Shown: piece by piece, positions 52,400 through 63,241 of the stretch
Numbering within the stretch: position 1 is the stretch's first letter
Layout of the letters: each line of letters starts with the position of its first letter
Source: Carpediemonas membranifera BICM
Taxonomy: Eukaryota > Protista > Fornicata
Direction of reading: 5' to 3'
DNA length: 64,000 bases
Assembly (NCBI GenBank): GCA_019828565.1
Contig: JAHDYR010000005.1
Location: forward strand, 62,001 to 126,000
Program-made: the position numbers and the translations under genes
Notes under the pieces: generated by a model
Database searches by the model: none
Told to the model about the DNA's origin: nothing
The model's input: the letters and a program-made list of their open reading frames with translations, nothing else

Positions 52400-53638
52400 C
52401 TACTCCTTCCGAAGGGTGAGTGCCAGCCTGCGGTACGCCGTGGAGGCATATATCACCTTGGTCAGCGCCTCACACTCGGTCTCAGTGCTCTTGAAGCACC
52501 CGTACTTCTCATAGCTCTTGTCTGCGATGTAGTAGACGTCCTGGTCGGCCGGCACAGTCACCTCAGGCCCACCGGTGATCGAAAGCCACGGCACGTTCTC
52601 AGTATGGAGGTAGAAGGTGTGATTCTGGAATATGCTGGCCAGGCCATTGATGGAAACGATCTCATCAACGAAGAGGTCAGTTGATGTTGACTTGACGACG
52701 TTCTTGATGGATGGAACGGAGTTGGCGTCGCTAATGCTGTCGTCAAACTCCCACTTGAGGACGCCGAGCTGGGTAGAGGCTTCGTACGGCCAGTCAACGT
52801 CAAGACACCCGCCGACAGTATCACAGACGGCGTTCCAAACCTTGACGCTGCCCGTCTCGGTCGTGAGGGTCAGGTTGTTGGCGACGATGCCGTTGGTGAC
52901 CGTGTACCCGTCAATGCCAGTCTCAGCCAGCACGATATCTCCCCTGAGCGAGTGGCAGTCGAGGTCGTTCGCCCTCAGGTTGTGGACCTGGATCTTGCAG
53001 GTTGAGGTCCGCAATTTGACTGAATCAGCTCCATTGGTCATCCCTGTACTGATATGCATCTCCCCGGTCGGGTTAGAGACGTAGAGCTCGCCAATGGGGT
53101 GGTATTCAGGGACCGTCACGAAGATGGAGATACGGAGACACATGAAGTTCTGAAGGAGGCGTGTAGACCACTTCTGGGTATCGATAGTCACGTGCACGCT
53201 GTCGTCTGTGCCGACCTCCGTCCGGGTGTCCGGGATGAAGGCCAGGAAGCTGAGCAGGTAGTTGCACTGGACGCTGTAGGTAACATCCAGGTTGCTGTTC
53301 TCACCGCTGGGACCAGTCTTCAGCACGAACTCGCCGTATGGGTTCGTGACTGTCAGATTCACGGTGGCGTTGTTGGTAAGACCTGCGCCAGTGAAGCTAT
53401 ACGCGAAGGGATCATCGTAGTTGTCCATAACGCCGGAACGGACCCAACAGACGATCATGCAGATGCATAGCAGCACCAGGAGGTTGCAGAGGCAGCAACA
53501 ACAGCTGCAACAGCAGCAGAGAACAAGACCGAGCTTGCGTCCGCGTTTCTTGGAACGGCGGGTGCCAATGAGGCCCTCCATCACATTATCCGGGTCTAAG
53601 AAGTTCTCATTGTCCTCGTTATAATGCTTGACGTTCAT
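52400..53638 (-). CDS. Type II membrane protein with Cys-string and beta-rich (adhesin/DUF4097-like) ectodomain
   Basis: CCCCSCCCCLC before a TM segment; repeated beta motifs (SNPTGEM, HSLRGDI, TTETGSV). Confidence 0.6.
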   Translation of the reverse strand: MNVKHYNEDNENFLDPDNVMEGLIGTRRSKKRGRKLGLVLCCCCSCCCCLCNLLVLLCICMIVCWVRSGVMDNYDDPFAYSFTGAGLTNNATVNLTVTNPYGEFVLKTGPSGENSNLDVTYSVQCNYLLSFLAFIPDTRTEVGTDDSVHVTIDTQKWSTRLLQNFMCLRISIFVTVPEYHPIGELYVSNPTGEMHISTGMTNGADSVKLRTSTCKIQVHNLRANDLDCHSLRGDIVLAETGIDGYTVTNGIVANNLTLTTETGSVKVWNAVCDTVGGCLDVDWPYEASTQLGVLKWEFDDSISDANSVPSIKNVVKSTSTDLFVDEIVSINGLASIFQNHTFYLHTENVPWLSITGGPEVTVPADQDVYYIADKSYEKYGCFKSTETECEALTKVIYASTAYRRLALTLRKE

Positions 53639-53752
53639 CAGTCGAACGCTGAAGAGATTCTAACGCCATTTACGTGATTTACGTGATCGCAGATATGACA
53701 GATGGGACCCAGCACAAGCCAATTTTCACTCAAGTGATACGATTTTACAACA

Positions 53753-55309
53753 CTAAACTCTGAGGAGAGACTGCTGGACTTGCCAGGACTTCGAGCGTTT
53801 CAGAATGGAACAGAGCTTCCTTCTCTCATCATCGGACAAATCTATGAGGACCTTGGCCTTAGCCATCTTCTCACTCATGGGCAACTTGACTCCGTTGACT
53901 CTCCAGCCCACAGCGACTGTGACACCCGCGAGACTGGCAGGGCACAGGAGTACTGATGATAGGGCGACGGGTCTGGGCATCAAGGCTATAGTGTTGGTGG
54001 CCACAATCCGGACAGGTTTGGACCCAGCCGCGGCATAAGTCAGCAGTACATGGACAAGCCCAGTCTTTCCCATAAGTTCCTGCTCGTGTATGAGACCAGT
54101 GTCAACAAGACACCGGCACAGAGCGATCGGGCTACCCTTGTCGATCAATGTCCTGGTCAGCTGGGCGATCGCCTTCTTCTTGTGGATCTGGGGGAGGAGT
54201 TCGACTGCTGGCAGAGTCAGCTGTGAACTCCAGAAACGATAGATGGCGGGAATCACACTTTGTGGCTTGCGGGAGTACCTCGCAATGCGGACAATGTGCT
54301 GGAGGAGCTCGGAACGGACCTCACGAGAGAGTCTCATCAAATCCGGCGATTTGATCGATTTGACGTCATGATCCGAATCGCGTACTTCGGCCGGGAACAT
54401 CTTTTCATAAAGTTTCTGGGAGCTCAACTTGGGATCAATATCGATGGTCTTCTTCACAAGAGGGAGTGTCAGCTCTAGAATATCTTCAGACTCAGGCATC
54501 TGGGGCATGAATGCCAGCATTCTCAGTGCCATAAAGAGCCACGACATGCGGATGATAAAGATGTTGCAGGTGTCGTTCGAGTAGGATGAGGTCCGGAACT
54601 GGTTTGACCCCAGGCCGAACAGACCTGGCCCAATCTCGGCCGGGGCACAGACAGCCTTCACAACCTTGACCGCGAATGAATGAACCGCAGCAATAGCATC
54701 ATCGCTAAAGGTGTGCTTCGCACTATGGGCGGCGTCGATGCGGCAGAGGCAGACCCAGGCGACTGCGAGAGAGTAGTCCTCGAACGACCTTATGGTAGGG
54801 GCATCCTTGTTCTTGGATGGGGCAAAGGACGCTTGGTAAGGGGCAGAGACTGTCGTGTCAAGGTGGTCTAGATATTCTCTCAGGGCCTTGTCGGTGGTGT
54901 TGACCTCGACGCCCTTGCCGCCGGCGTTTACGAATGCAGAGACATCCTTGAACACTCGTGCCGAAATGTCGGCGGCGGTGATGCTCCTGACGCATGTTTG
55001 GCGCACACACTGCGCTTCAGCTGTCATTCCGACCCTGATGGCAGGCCCTGGCAGGGCCAAGCTGTCGAATATGTCATCGACTGGTGCTAGTGCTGGGTCA
55101 TCGGCTGGAATGTTCATGACTCGCTTCACATATGTTTGCTGTGGCCGAGGAACGAGTGTACCCGCAGAAATAAGGCGTGGAGAGCAGTACTCGGGTTCTG
55201 ATAGCGAGTCGTCTTCATCTGAGAAGGAACTTGGATTGTCGGGGTAGCATTCACTCTCAGAGACCTCCATAATCTCATCAAGGTCTTCAAGTAGCGCTTC
55301 AATCACCAT
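53753..55309 (-). CDS. Hypothetical protein
   Basis: 518-aa ATG ORF with acidic N-terminus and helical C-terminus. Confidence 0.7.
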   Translation of the reverse strand: MVIEALLEDLDEIMEVSESECYPDNPSSFSDEDDSLSEPEYCSPRLISAGTLVPRPQQTYVKRVMNIPADDPALAPVDDIFDSLALPGPAIRVGMTAEAQCVRQTCVRSITAADISARVFKDVSAFVNAGGKGVEVNTTDKALREYLDHLDTTVSAPYQASFAPSKNKDAPTIRSFEDYSLAVAWVCLCRIDAAHSAKHTFSDDAIAAVHSFAVKVVKAVCAPAEIGPGLFGLGSNQFRTSSYSNDTCNIFIIRMSWLFMALRMLAFMPQMPESEDILELTLPLVKKTIDIDPKLSSQKLYEKMFPAEVRDSDHDVKSIKSPDLMRLSREVRSELLQHIVRIARYSRKPQSVIPAIYRFWSSQLTLPAVELLPQIHKKKAIAQLTRTLIDKGSPIALCRCLVDTGLIHEQELMGKTGLVHVLLTYAAAGSKPVRIVATNTIALMPRPVALSSVLLCPASLAGVTVAVGWRVNGVKLPMSEKMAKAKVLIDLSDDERRKLCSILKRSKSWQVQQSLLRV

Positions 55310-55624
55310 TATTCAAGGAATTTCGTAGTGTCGCTGCTATCTTCCAGCAGGAAGCATGCAGAGGTGGTCAGCAAAAATCTAGGAAATTTGGCTGCCCAAT
55401 CCTTGTTGACGCGCGCGAACGCAGAGCAGTGATGCTATGCCAATCCATCAGGCGTAACTGATATGCCGGCTGCCATTTCAGGGCTCATGGGAAGACAGGA
55501 CATCAATCTTCCACATGAAAAGCGATGTAGAGTAGAGAGTAAAGCCGAGCACCATCTAGCTGACCACAAGCATGCTCGGGACGTCACTTACCACGGATGT
55601 GCAGTTTAATACCAAAACTCAACC

Positions 55625-56262
55625 ATGCCCAAAGGAAAGGTTTGCAGCGATTTATCTTATACCTACTCACACAGAAAGGAAAGAAGGGAAAGAAGGGCAA
55701 AAAGGGTAAGAAGAAGGGACCGACCGCCGAGGAAATTCGCCAGCAGATGAAGGCCGAAGAATTCTCCAAGGTTTTTGATCTGTTTGATACAGACAAGGAC
55801 GGTGTCGTTACAACCAGAGAGCTTCCATATATTCTCCAGGCGATGGGCGTTAAGCCTTCCGACGAAGAGATTGCCCGCATCCGAGCTGAGATCGACCCCG
55901 AAGAGACCGGCAACGTCGACAACATGACACTGCTCTCGATATACAACAGCCTTCGTCTCATCCAGCACCCGTACGACGAGTTGTTCGATTACTGGGGCAC
56001 TCTTATTGACGACTATGAAGAGAACGACGGCCGCATCGAGTTTCCCCAGTTCACGGAGCTCATGGTGAAGACGGGTGAGGGGGTGGATGAGGACTCCCTC
56101 GCTGTATTCATGGAGGGCGTGAGGCCGAAGGATGGTATTCTTGACAGCGCCTTTGTAATGCATAAGATTGTGGACTCGTTGGTTGTCGCGAGAGCGAAGG
56201 CAAAGGGAAAGAAAGGCAAAAAGGGCAAGAAGGGAAAGAAAGGGAAGAAGGGCAAGAAGTGA
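55625..56262 (+). CDS. EF-hand (calmodulin/centrin-like) protein with GKK-repeat tails, 2 exons
   Basis: FDLFDTDKDGVVTTREL EF-hand; MPKGK | intron 55640-55674 | KGKKGKK; C-terminal (GKK)n. Confidence 0.85.
55640..55674 (+). other. 35-nt spliceosomal intron
   Basis: GTTTGC...CTACTCACACAG; removal fuses ATG CCC AAA GGA AAG to AAA GGA AAG in frame. Confidence 0.85.
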
Positions 56263-56271
56263 ACCACTGGC

Positions 56272-58087
56272 TATGTCACTGTCACATAAACTCGCATCTG
56301 TGTCCGATCCAACGATCAGAGCTGAATGTCACACCGCAACTGAGTCAACCTGCACGGTCTGTGGCGTTGAGTGGGTCATTTTCGATCTCGGGCGATCTCG
56401 AGTCTGGATTCGTCTGACGAGACAGAACACATAGTGGTGTGCAGAGACCATGCCACAAACAGATCTCAAGACAGAGAGCATCAAGGATCGGCTTATATCG
56501 GTATATCGACTTGCGGTGTCGCTGTCGTGGACAGACGGTGAGATTATTGCTCAGAGTATGACTGACGCTTATACACACCACTTTGGCGAGGATATGCCCC
56601 TTAATAACAATAAAGAGTCCTGTAAGCATCCATTCATCTCAAATAACGTCTCCGATTTCGTCAGATTGCTCAACGATCTCCCCCCCTGGCACCCCGGGCA
56701 CAGCAATGCGTCGACAAGGCGAGATCGGCGATCCAGAAGCATGCAAGCATCGCCACTTCGACTGACAAGCCCAGTCTTGTCATGCTTCCCCCAAGGCTTG
56801 TCTTCGCCATCTTGATGGAAGGTGGCGTCGACCCCGAGCTCGACAGAAACACGGCTAGAGGCGTTGGAACTGCTTATAAAGCTTCAGACAAGCTCCATTG
56901 GTTCCTATCCGGTAATTTGATGGCAGCACACTCATATTCCGTCCATTCCACTGAGCGCTTTACCCTAGACCTTGGGGACAACGGCACCCAACACCTGAGT
57001 CTTTGCCACGGTTTGCTGTTTTCAGCAAGGAATGACCCTTTATCAGGCCCAAGTAAGTGGGGTCGGGTTCGACTCCCGTACGTGTCAAAGGTCTCGACCA
57101 ACCGCGACACAAGCAGCCGTCCGACTAACAGGACGATATTCGCGATATATACAACGTGTCCGGGGTCTATTTTATGAGACTGTGTCTGACGGTGTCAAAC
57201 CGGTCGACCTGTGGCCCTCAGCCCGACAGTATGCAGCCACCCTGCCCGCATGGCATGGGAACCGCGTCTCCATCGACGTATACGTCAGCAACACGCTGCA
57301 TCTGGTGCTCACCCCCATTGGTGTGGGTGCAGCGGGCCCCAGCTCTGGTCTGTTGGTCGGGGAACCTGTCTTCACTCATGACTTCACATTCAGAGCAGTG
57401 GTCGGGCTCCCTGATCAGTTTATTCCATCACATGTCTCCGGCGACTGTAATCATTTGATTATAGCCAGTGGGGAGCAGCAGCTTGTCTTCGGTTCCAACA
57501 ACGAGGGCCAGCTGGGCCTGGGTCACACCGACAGAGCTGGATTCGTCACCCCGCCCCTGCACATCGACGAGGTGCTTGTAGCCGCCCCATTTAATATTTA
57601 TAGATCAGATGATAGGTGCTTTTACGCGGGTCGGCTGGTTGATGGTGCCGTCGAAACAGGCCTGCTGCCTACCGACACCGTTTTCGTCCAGAACGGGAAG
57701 CGGAGACGCATACTCACACCAGTACCGTTGGCACAGTCGATTAAGTCATTCTTTGCCCACGTTTATGACAATATCTCGTGTGTCAGCACGATTGTGACCG
57801 TATCAGATGGTAGCAGCACAGTATCGCTTGATGGAATCACGGCGACTGTTCCGTTTGAGGTCAGCGCCGTTCTCATCAAGACTTCTGACGCCTATGACGA
57901 GGAGCCATTCGATGAGGAACCCGAGCCCGGCGCAACTAACGTTGACGGCGACGGGGTTCTGTTTCTCGTGGACAGCAACGGCGTCAGCCACCGAATAGAC
58001 ATGGACGATGACGAACCGGCCAGCAGTGAAGAGCAGGCCAACGTGTCGGCCAGACCTGGGTGGCAGTGGCTGCAGCGCTGTCACTAG
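56272..58087 (+). pseudogene. RCC1-like repeat protein, multiply frameshifted
   Basis: FGSNNEGQLGLGHTD RCC1 motif; overlapping + strand ORF pieces 56272-56434, 56450-56815, 56782-57177, 57032-58087. Confidence 0.6.
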
Positions 58088-58258
58088 GGTCTGATTTCAG
58101 CCGGACAGTGCCAGGGCGTAGGCATGTATGCTTTATACGAACCGGCATTTGTGACACATTTTGACCGAAACATATCTTGGTGATTGCTCATGTATCATCC
58201 ATAAATGGAACACTGGTAGCAAGTTGGCGCCGATAAGCGACGTCTGCCGCAGCAACAG

Positions 58259-59839
58259 ATGACTATAGAGCCTTGGACCGTCGATGAACCTATCGGGGAC
58301 GCAGCACCACGCACTGTAGAGAGCAATTCGGCTCCCAAGCGAACAAAACGGCCACAATCGGCACCTACCGCCCGCTCCAGCCGGGTACAATCCCAGAAAC
58401 GCTTCGAGGACCGCCTATTTGAAGATTCTAGCCTTCGTATAATCGAGCGGATGCGCCGCGAAGTGCACAAAGAACGAGAGCTGATGAAGGATTGCACGTT
58501 TTCCCCGAAGATCAACCGTGTTAGCGATAGCATCGCCAAGGAGGTGAAATACCCTCGCATAGACAAGCGGACGCCCGACCTCCTTCGTTCAAAAGAGGAG
58601 CGGCTCGCCACACTCCGTCGGACCCGGGAGGACGCCATGCCGTTCAGTCCGGAAATCAGCGAGTCATCACGCCGACTCGTGTCGAAGAGCCCTGGACGTA
58701 TAGCGCAGGTAGAGTCCCGTCTGATGAACTCAATGTCCCAGTCCAGTGTCAGACTGGATGAGACCAGGGAGAGCAGCGACGAGGCCAGACGACGGGCGGC
58801 GAGCCCTACTATCAACCGGAGGTCACGGGAGATCGTTAAGAACATGGAAGCATACGCCAGCAAGTCGTTTTTGGAGAGGCAGGAGCTCCATGAGCAGCGT
58901 AAGAGAGATGAGATCGCCATGAAGAGAGAAGCGATCGACGCCGTGAGAACGGCACACCCAGACGGTTATAAGCCGGCAGACACCTTTTATAAGCGACTCG
59001 CATCAGAGTCACGCCGGCACAAGGAGCAGATGAAGGAAAGAGCCAAGCTGGTTTCCCCTGCAGCCTGTTCATTCAGCCCAGAAGTCAATGCACGCAGCAG
59101 GAGACTGGCAAGGGCAAGGACGCCCGTGCGGAAGACTCCGGATGAGCTTATCAGAGACCCGAAGATGGTTGAGATACAAGAGAAGCTCGAGCACGCGAGG
59201 CAGCTCAAGGCCGAGGCTGAGACAGCCGAGTGCACTTTTAGCCCTGAAACTGCAACTGGGCGATCGAGGCCAGCCAACAGGGCACACGCTCGATACAGTC
59301 GGACCAACGGCAAGCAGACGATGGATGCTGTGAACGCTGACAGACTGAAGAGGCAGAAGCTGCAGGACGCGGCGGAAGAGAGGCGGGCAGCAGAGGAGAT
59401 GGCCGAATGCACCTTCCAGCCCAAGTTGCGGTTTCGTTACTCGAACCGGCGTCGTCCGCGGTCGGCTGGCCCCAATCCGAGTGCTGACTCGAGTCGACTC
59501 AGCCAGAGTCATGACTGCGTGTCTCCGGCATCCGTATCGAGCACACCTGGGCTGGCTGGACTGGCTGGTGTCCGTGGCATGGAGGCTTTTATGAGGAGTC
59601 GCCGGGCTGTTTGGACCGAACAGGAGAGAGTTGAGGCTGTGTTTAAGACACCGTCAGAGAGGAAGGCGAGCAGGTCAATGAACCGGCATTCAGCACGGAG
59701 GAGGTCGCTGGAGCCGAGGGGGGCAATGCCCTTGGACGAGACGCCTCAGCAAGTCGTTCCTTTGAAGACGAGTGCTGAGCTAGATTTTGAGGGTGAGATT
59801 GGTAGCCCGCAGCCCTCTTACAGGGGCCAGACCCATTAG
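58259..59839 (+). CDS. Basic coiled-coil protein with CTFxP repeats (probably cytoskeletal/flagellar)
   Basis: DCTFSPKIN, MPFSPEIS, CSFSPEVN, ECTFSP, ECTFQPKL repeats. Confidence 0.7.
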   Translation: MTIEPWTVDEPIGDAAPRTVESNSAPKRTKRPQSAPTARSSRVQSQKRFEDRLFEDSSLRIIERMRREVHKERELMKDCTFSPKINRVSDSIAKEVKYPRIDKRTPDLLRSKEERLATLRRTREDAMPFSPEISESSRRLVSKSPGRIAQVESRLMNSMSQSSVRLDETRESSDEARRRAASPTINRRSREIVKNMEAYASKSFLERQELHEQRKRDEIAMKREAIDAVRTAHPDGYKPADTFYKRLASESRRHKEQMKERAKLVSPAACSFSPEVNARSRRLARARTPVRKTPDELIRDPKMVEIQEKLEHARQLKAEAETAECTFSPETATGRSRPANRAHARYSRTNGKQTMDAVNADRLKRQKLQDAAEERRAAEEMAECTFQPKLRFRYSNRRRPRSAGPNPSADSSRLSQSHDCVSPASVSSTPGLAGLAGVRGMEAFMRSRRAVWTEQERVEAVFKTPSERKASRSMNRHSARRRSLEPRGAMPLDETPQQVVPLKTSAELDFEGEIGSPQPSYRGQTH

Positions 59840-59965
59840 TTGTTGTAAAATCGAGACACCATGAATTGGCCAGCAAGAGAAGGGTGAGAATTAGTGCCAC
59901 TCTCAGAATAACCTGAGCTGGACGGCTCCCCCACATAGCTGCGGTACTCCGCCAACACTGGGGCG

Positions 59966-60913
59966 GTGCTGGCCAATGTGCAGGTTTGGGTTCCTAGACG
60001 AACGAAGGCCTTACCTTACAGTCGCGAGAAATACCGCGGCGGTCGGGTGGCTGACCGGCCCACGTACAAAAAGGGTAGCAGCAACAAGCGGGCTCGGCTC
60101 GGTCAGGATGACCCCGAGGCTACTCCTGCCCCGGACATTCAAGCTCTCATGGGCTTCGACCCTGGTGCTCGGTCGCTGGGCGGCTACACGATCCGCCGCC
60201 CAGACGGGCAGAGTGTATCTGGCGTACTCGCTAAGTGTGGCTACACTGCCACCCCCACTTTCCGCGTGAATATGAGCGCAGCATCGTTCAAAACGACAAG
60301 TCTAGAGGCTCTCAAACAGTCGATTAGGTTTGTCCATGAGAACATCGTTCAGATCATCAACGAGGGGATGAGAAAGTGTTTCCGCCGTGCGAGTTTTGCC
60401 AATCACTGTCTGCGCCTGAAGCACTTCGCCCGGGCTGGACGTCAACTCCTGGATGATCTCGGCGGGCGCCCCCCGGAGCCCATTCACCTAGAAGTCGCGT
60501 ATGGGGCTGCACTGTTCGGTTCCGCCGGCACTCCCTCGTGTGCTCCGTACCGCCACTTTGCTCGAGCTCTTCCTGGCATCATGCTCCGGCACAACGTCGT
60601 CGTGACTGTCACGATGGTCTCGGAATTTCGCATTTCCATCATGTGCCCATACTGCAAAGCACACTTCAGACGTGTGGTGCACACACAACGCACCATGCTC
60701 TGCCAGAATCCCGCGTGCGAGGGAGCTCCATGGCGCGTTGAACGGCTACGTCGGCATCCCGAGCAGAGAGACATTCTTCTCAATCTCTCACACCGAGATA
60801 AGAGCGCCAGCGAGAACATCCTTTGGTGCACCTACGATGCAACTTCAGATCAGATAGAGCAATCTCCTTTCCACTACGACTCCCAGAGAGGTGCTCTTCC
60901 TCGCTATCATTAA
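59966..60913 (+). CDS. Fanzor1-like (TnpB-family) RuvC nuclease, N-terminally truncated
   Basis: GFDPG (D 60158), SFKTTS, VAYGAALF, VSEFRIS..CPYC (E 60623), CQNPAC, HRDKSASENI (D 60797). In-frame TAG at 59936 upstream; first ATG only at 60149. Confidence 0.85.
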   Translation: MLANVQVWVPRRTKALPYSREKYRGGRVADRPTYKKGSSNKRARLGQDDPEATPAPDIQALMGFDPGARSLGGYTIRRPDGQSVSGVLAKCGYTATPTFRVNMSAASFKTTSLEALKQSIRFVHENIVQIINEGMRKCFRRASFANHCLRLKHFARAGRQLLDDLGGRPPEPIHLEVAYGAALFGSAGTPSCAPYRHFARALPGIMLRHNVVVTVTMVSEFRISIMCPYCKAHFRRVVHTQRTMLCQNPACEGAPWRVERLRRHPEQRDILLNLSHRDKSASENILWCTYDATSDQIEQSPFHYDSQRGALPRYH

Positions 60914-61076
60914 CTTGCTAAGTTGAGCAAGCACGCGCTGCAGCGCGCGTGATATGCTGCGCACGATTGATAGAGTATGATGAACCACATTGCGATCCTG
61001 ATGCTGCTTGGATTCACTGTGTGTTTTGGACTCAAGTATTCTTATCCTGCGTGGCACAAAGACGAACGAAGGCCTT
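60914..61076 (+). ncRNA. Candidate omegaRNA (scaffold + guide) region
   Basis: Back-to-back hairpins cttgct/agcaag (60914-60931) and cacgcgc/gcgcgtg (60932-60951) directly after the Fanzor stop; position as expected for TnpB/Fanzor RNAs. No expression evidence. Confidence 0.35.
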
Positions 61077-61096
61077 CCGCCTCGTATTGACCAAAA

Positions 61097-63241
61097 ATGA
61101 ACAGTCTCGTGAATACTGCCGTACGAGCAGTAGTCAGGGACAGTGTGGACTCGGGCCGCGTGGATATTCGCGTCCAGCATGAGATCCTAGCAGACAGTAA
61201 TGTTTCGAGGATGTTCTCGCAGCTGAGAACCGATCTAATCACTGGCTATGGAATACTCAAGTCTAGGGGCTTCCAGATGCTGCAGCGCTTCTTCTTTGCA
61301 GGTATTCTTCTCATCTTATGTTACGGCGTCTCCCTCATCAATGATCAGGTAACCTCAATGTGGCTTGGTCGTCTTATCTTGCGCCCAATTCTCTTCTTCA
61401 TCTTCCTCCAGCTCTCCCTGATCACGGCTGTCGTCCTCTACGAGTCTGCTGTCCTGTTCTTCGGCCTCAATTGGCAAACCCTTCCAATTTTCATGAGGAC
61501 ATTAACCCAAGAGCTGCTCGCACTCGCTGAGCAACGCACCGAGGAGGTCCGGATGAGGGTCCGATCTCGGTCTGGCCAAGGGCAGGCTAAGTCCAGCTCG
61601 GCCTCACTCCCTGACATGGCCGCTGACCCATCCTTTGACGTCGACGTCGACGAGACTGACGACACCGAATCGGACTATAGGACATCGCCTGAGCAACGGG
61701 TGAGGTCAATCAGACACCGAAAGACGAACTCAGGAGATTTAACCGTATCTATTCCACGTCTTCCATCACGCAACAGATCGCAGTCTCAGCCTGACGAAAG
61801 TGTCAGACGTGTAGCGTCAGCGGTCACGATGATGTCACCGACTCACCGACTCAACAGCGATGACTTTGACGCGATCAAATCGATGTCAAATGCCCCGTTC
61901 ATCTCCTTCATTGAAGCCCAGTCAGAGCATGTGTTCTTCATCAGCAACGTAGCAGACCTCATCGAGCTCAGACGCACCGCATCCCACGGCTGGCGCCCCT
62001 ACAACCTCAGCCAGAGCCTGAGGTTGCCCCCGCTCCTCCCTAGCGCTGGACCTTCGACCGCCATACTCGCGACACACGGGTCAGAAATTTGGGTCGCCGT
62101 GGTCGACAACGAAGGCGTAGTTAGACTTCTAGTGGCCAACAGCAGCATGAAGTGGCGGGCACAGGCCGTGACAGAGCTCAAGAAGCCGGTCAGGCCCGAC
62201 TTCCCTCCCGTGTTGACCCAGACATCGTCCATGCAGCTCCAGCTGACCGTGGTGTCGCTGGAGGGCACCATCTTCGCCCTAGTGCGTACTGCCGCGGGCG
62301 GGTGGGAGCCGTCCAGCATGACTGAGGCTGTCAACTCGAAGGAGAGCAAGCCAGCCAAGCCACTCTTCGCCCCATCGGTCCTCCTTGGCCTCGCACAGCA
62401 GCACATCTGCTACGTTGGCCCTAGCGGGTCGATTCACGAGTTCCAGCATCTGGCCCTGCTTGGCTGGTCGTACAAGCTGCTGGGCGATGGGGCGGCCACT
62501 TCCGTCAGCAGGAAGGCGCTGGGCAAGGCTGCGTCGCCCCTGGCTGGCTTCTCGGTGTACCAGGCCGGCCAGCTCTACTTCTACGCCACCAGCAAGGGCG
62601 AGATCATGCTTCTGTCCAACGCCAACCCCATCGGCGGGTGGCGTGTAGACAACCTCACGTCGACCTCCAGGGCCCCACGCTGCGTGGGTAACCCGGCCGT
62701 GGTCGGCAACAGCGAGCGGGACCGGTACTACATCGTCCACGTCACCCCGGACGGGGGCATCGCCATGCTCTACCGCATCCCAGGTGAGAAGATCTGGTGC
62801 TACGAGGACGTCAGTGAGCTGTGCGGCGTGTACTACCAAGGGACGAAGGGGAGCAGGCGTCGTCGTATCAACAAGATCCTGCCCGGCCGAGAGCTTTCAG
62901 CGTGCATTGTTGGTGACATTATGTTTATCACGTTCTGCACAGACGAGGGTCAGGTCAGTCTGCTCAGGGGTGACGTCGAGAAACACGACTGGGCTGCCGC
63001 TGAGATGAGCAGCGTTCTCCGTAATGCCGATGAGCTTGAGCATCGCAGGGTCGCTATCCCTCCAGCACTGGCCGACGCCCGCGAGCTACTGACCAGTATC
63101 CAGGTAGACGAGGAGAGCGAGGATGCAGTCGAGCCTGACTTCTGTAGTGTCACCCCTGGCAGTGAGATTAACGACGGAATCATCGAAGTGGTGGAAGTTC
63201 CGTCAGAGAGGGAGTGTCGCAGCGACTCCGGGTCTGTGTAA
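61097..63241 (+). CDS. Membrane-anchored protein with fucose-lectin-like beta-propeller
   Basis: Two N-terminal TM segments; repeats such as HICYVGPSGSIHEF..GW and YFYATSKGEIM..GW. Confidence 0.55.
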   Translation: MNSLVNTAVRAVVRDSVDSGRVDIRVQHEILADSNVSRMFSQLRTDLITGYGILKSRGFQMLQRFFFAGILLILCYGVSLINDQVTSMWLGRLILRPILFFIFLQLSLITAVVLYESAVLFFGLNWQTLPIFMRTLTQELLALAEQRTEEVRMRVRSRSGQGQAKSSSASLPDMAADPSFDVDVDETDDTESDYRTSPEQRVRSIRHRKTNSGDLTVSIPRLPSRNRSQSQPDESVRRVASAVTMMSPTHRLNSDDFDAIKSMSNAPFISFIEAQSEHVFFISNVADLIELRRTASHGWRPYNLSQSLRLPPLLPSAGPSTAILATHGSEIWVAVVDNEGVVRLLVANSSMKWRAQAVTELKKPVRPDFPPVLTQTSSMQLQLTVVSLEGTIFALVRTAAGGWEPSSMTEAVNSKESKPAKPLFAPSVLLGLAQQHICYVGPSGSIHEFQHLALLGWSYKLLGDGAATSVSRKALGKAASPLAGFSVYQAGQLYFYATSKGEIMLLSNANPIGGWRVDNLTSTSRAPRCVGNPAVVGNSERDRYYIVHVTPDGGIAMLYRIPGEKIWCYEDVSELCGVYYQGTKGSRRRRINKILPGRELSACIVGDIMFITFCTDEGQVSLLRGDVEKHDWAAAEMSSVLRNADELEHRRVAIPPALADARELLTSIQVDEESEDAVEPDFCSVTPGSEINDGIIEVVEVPSERECRSDSGSV

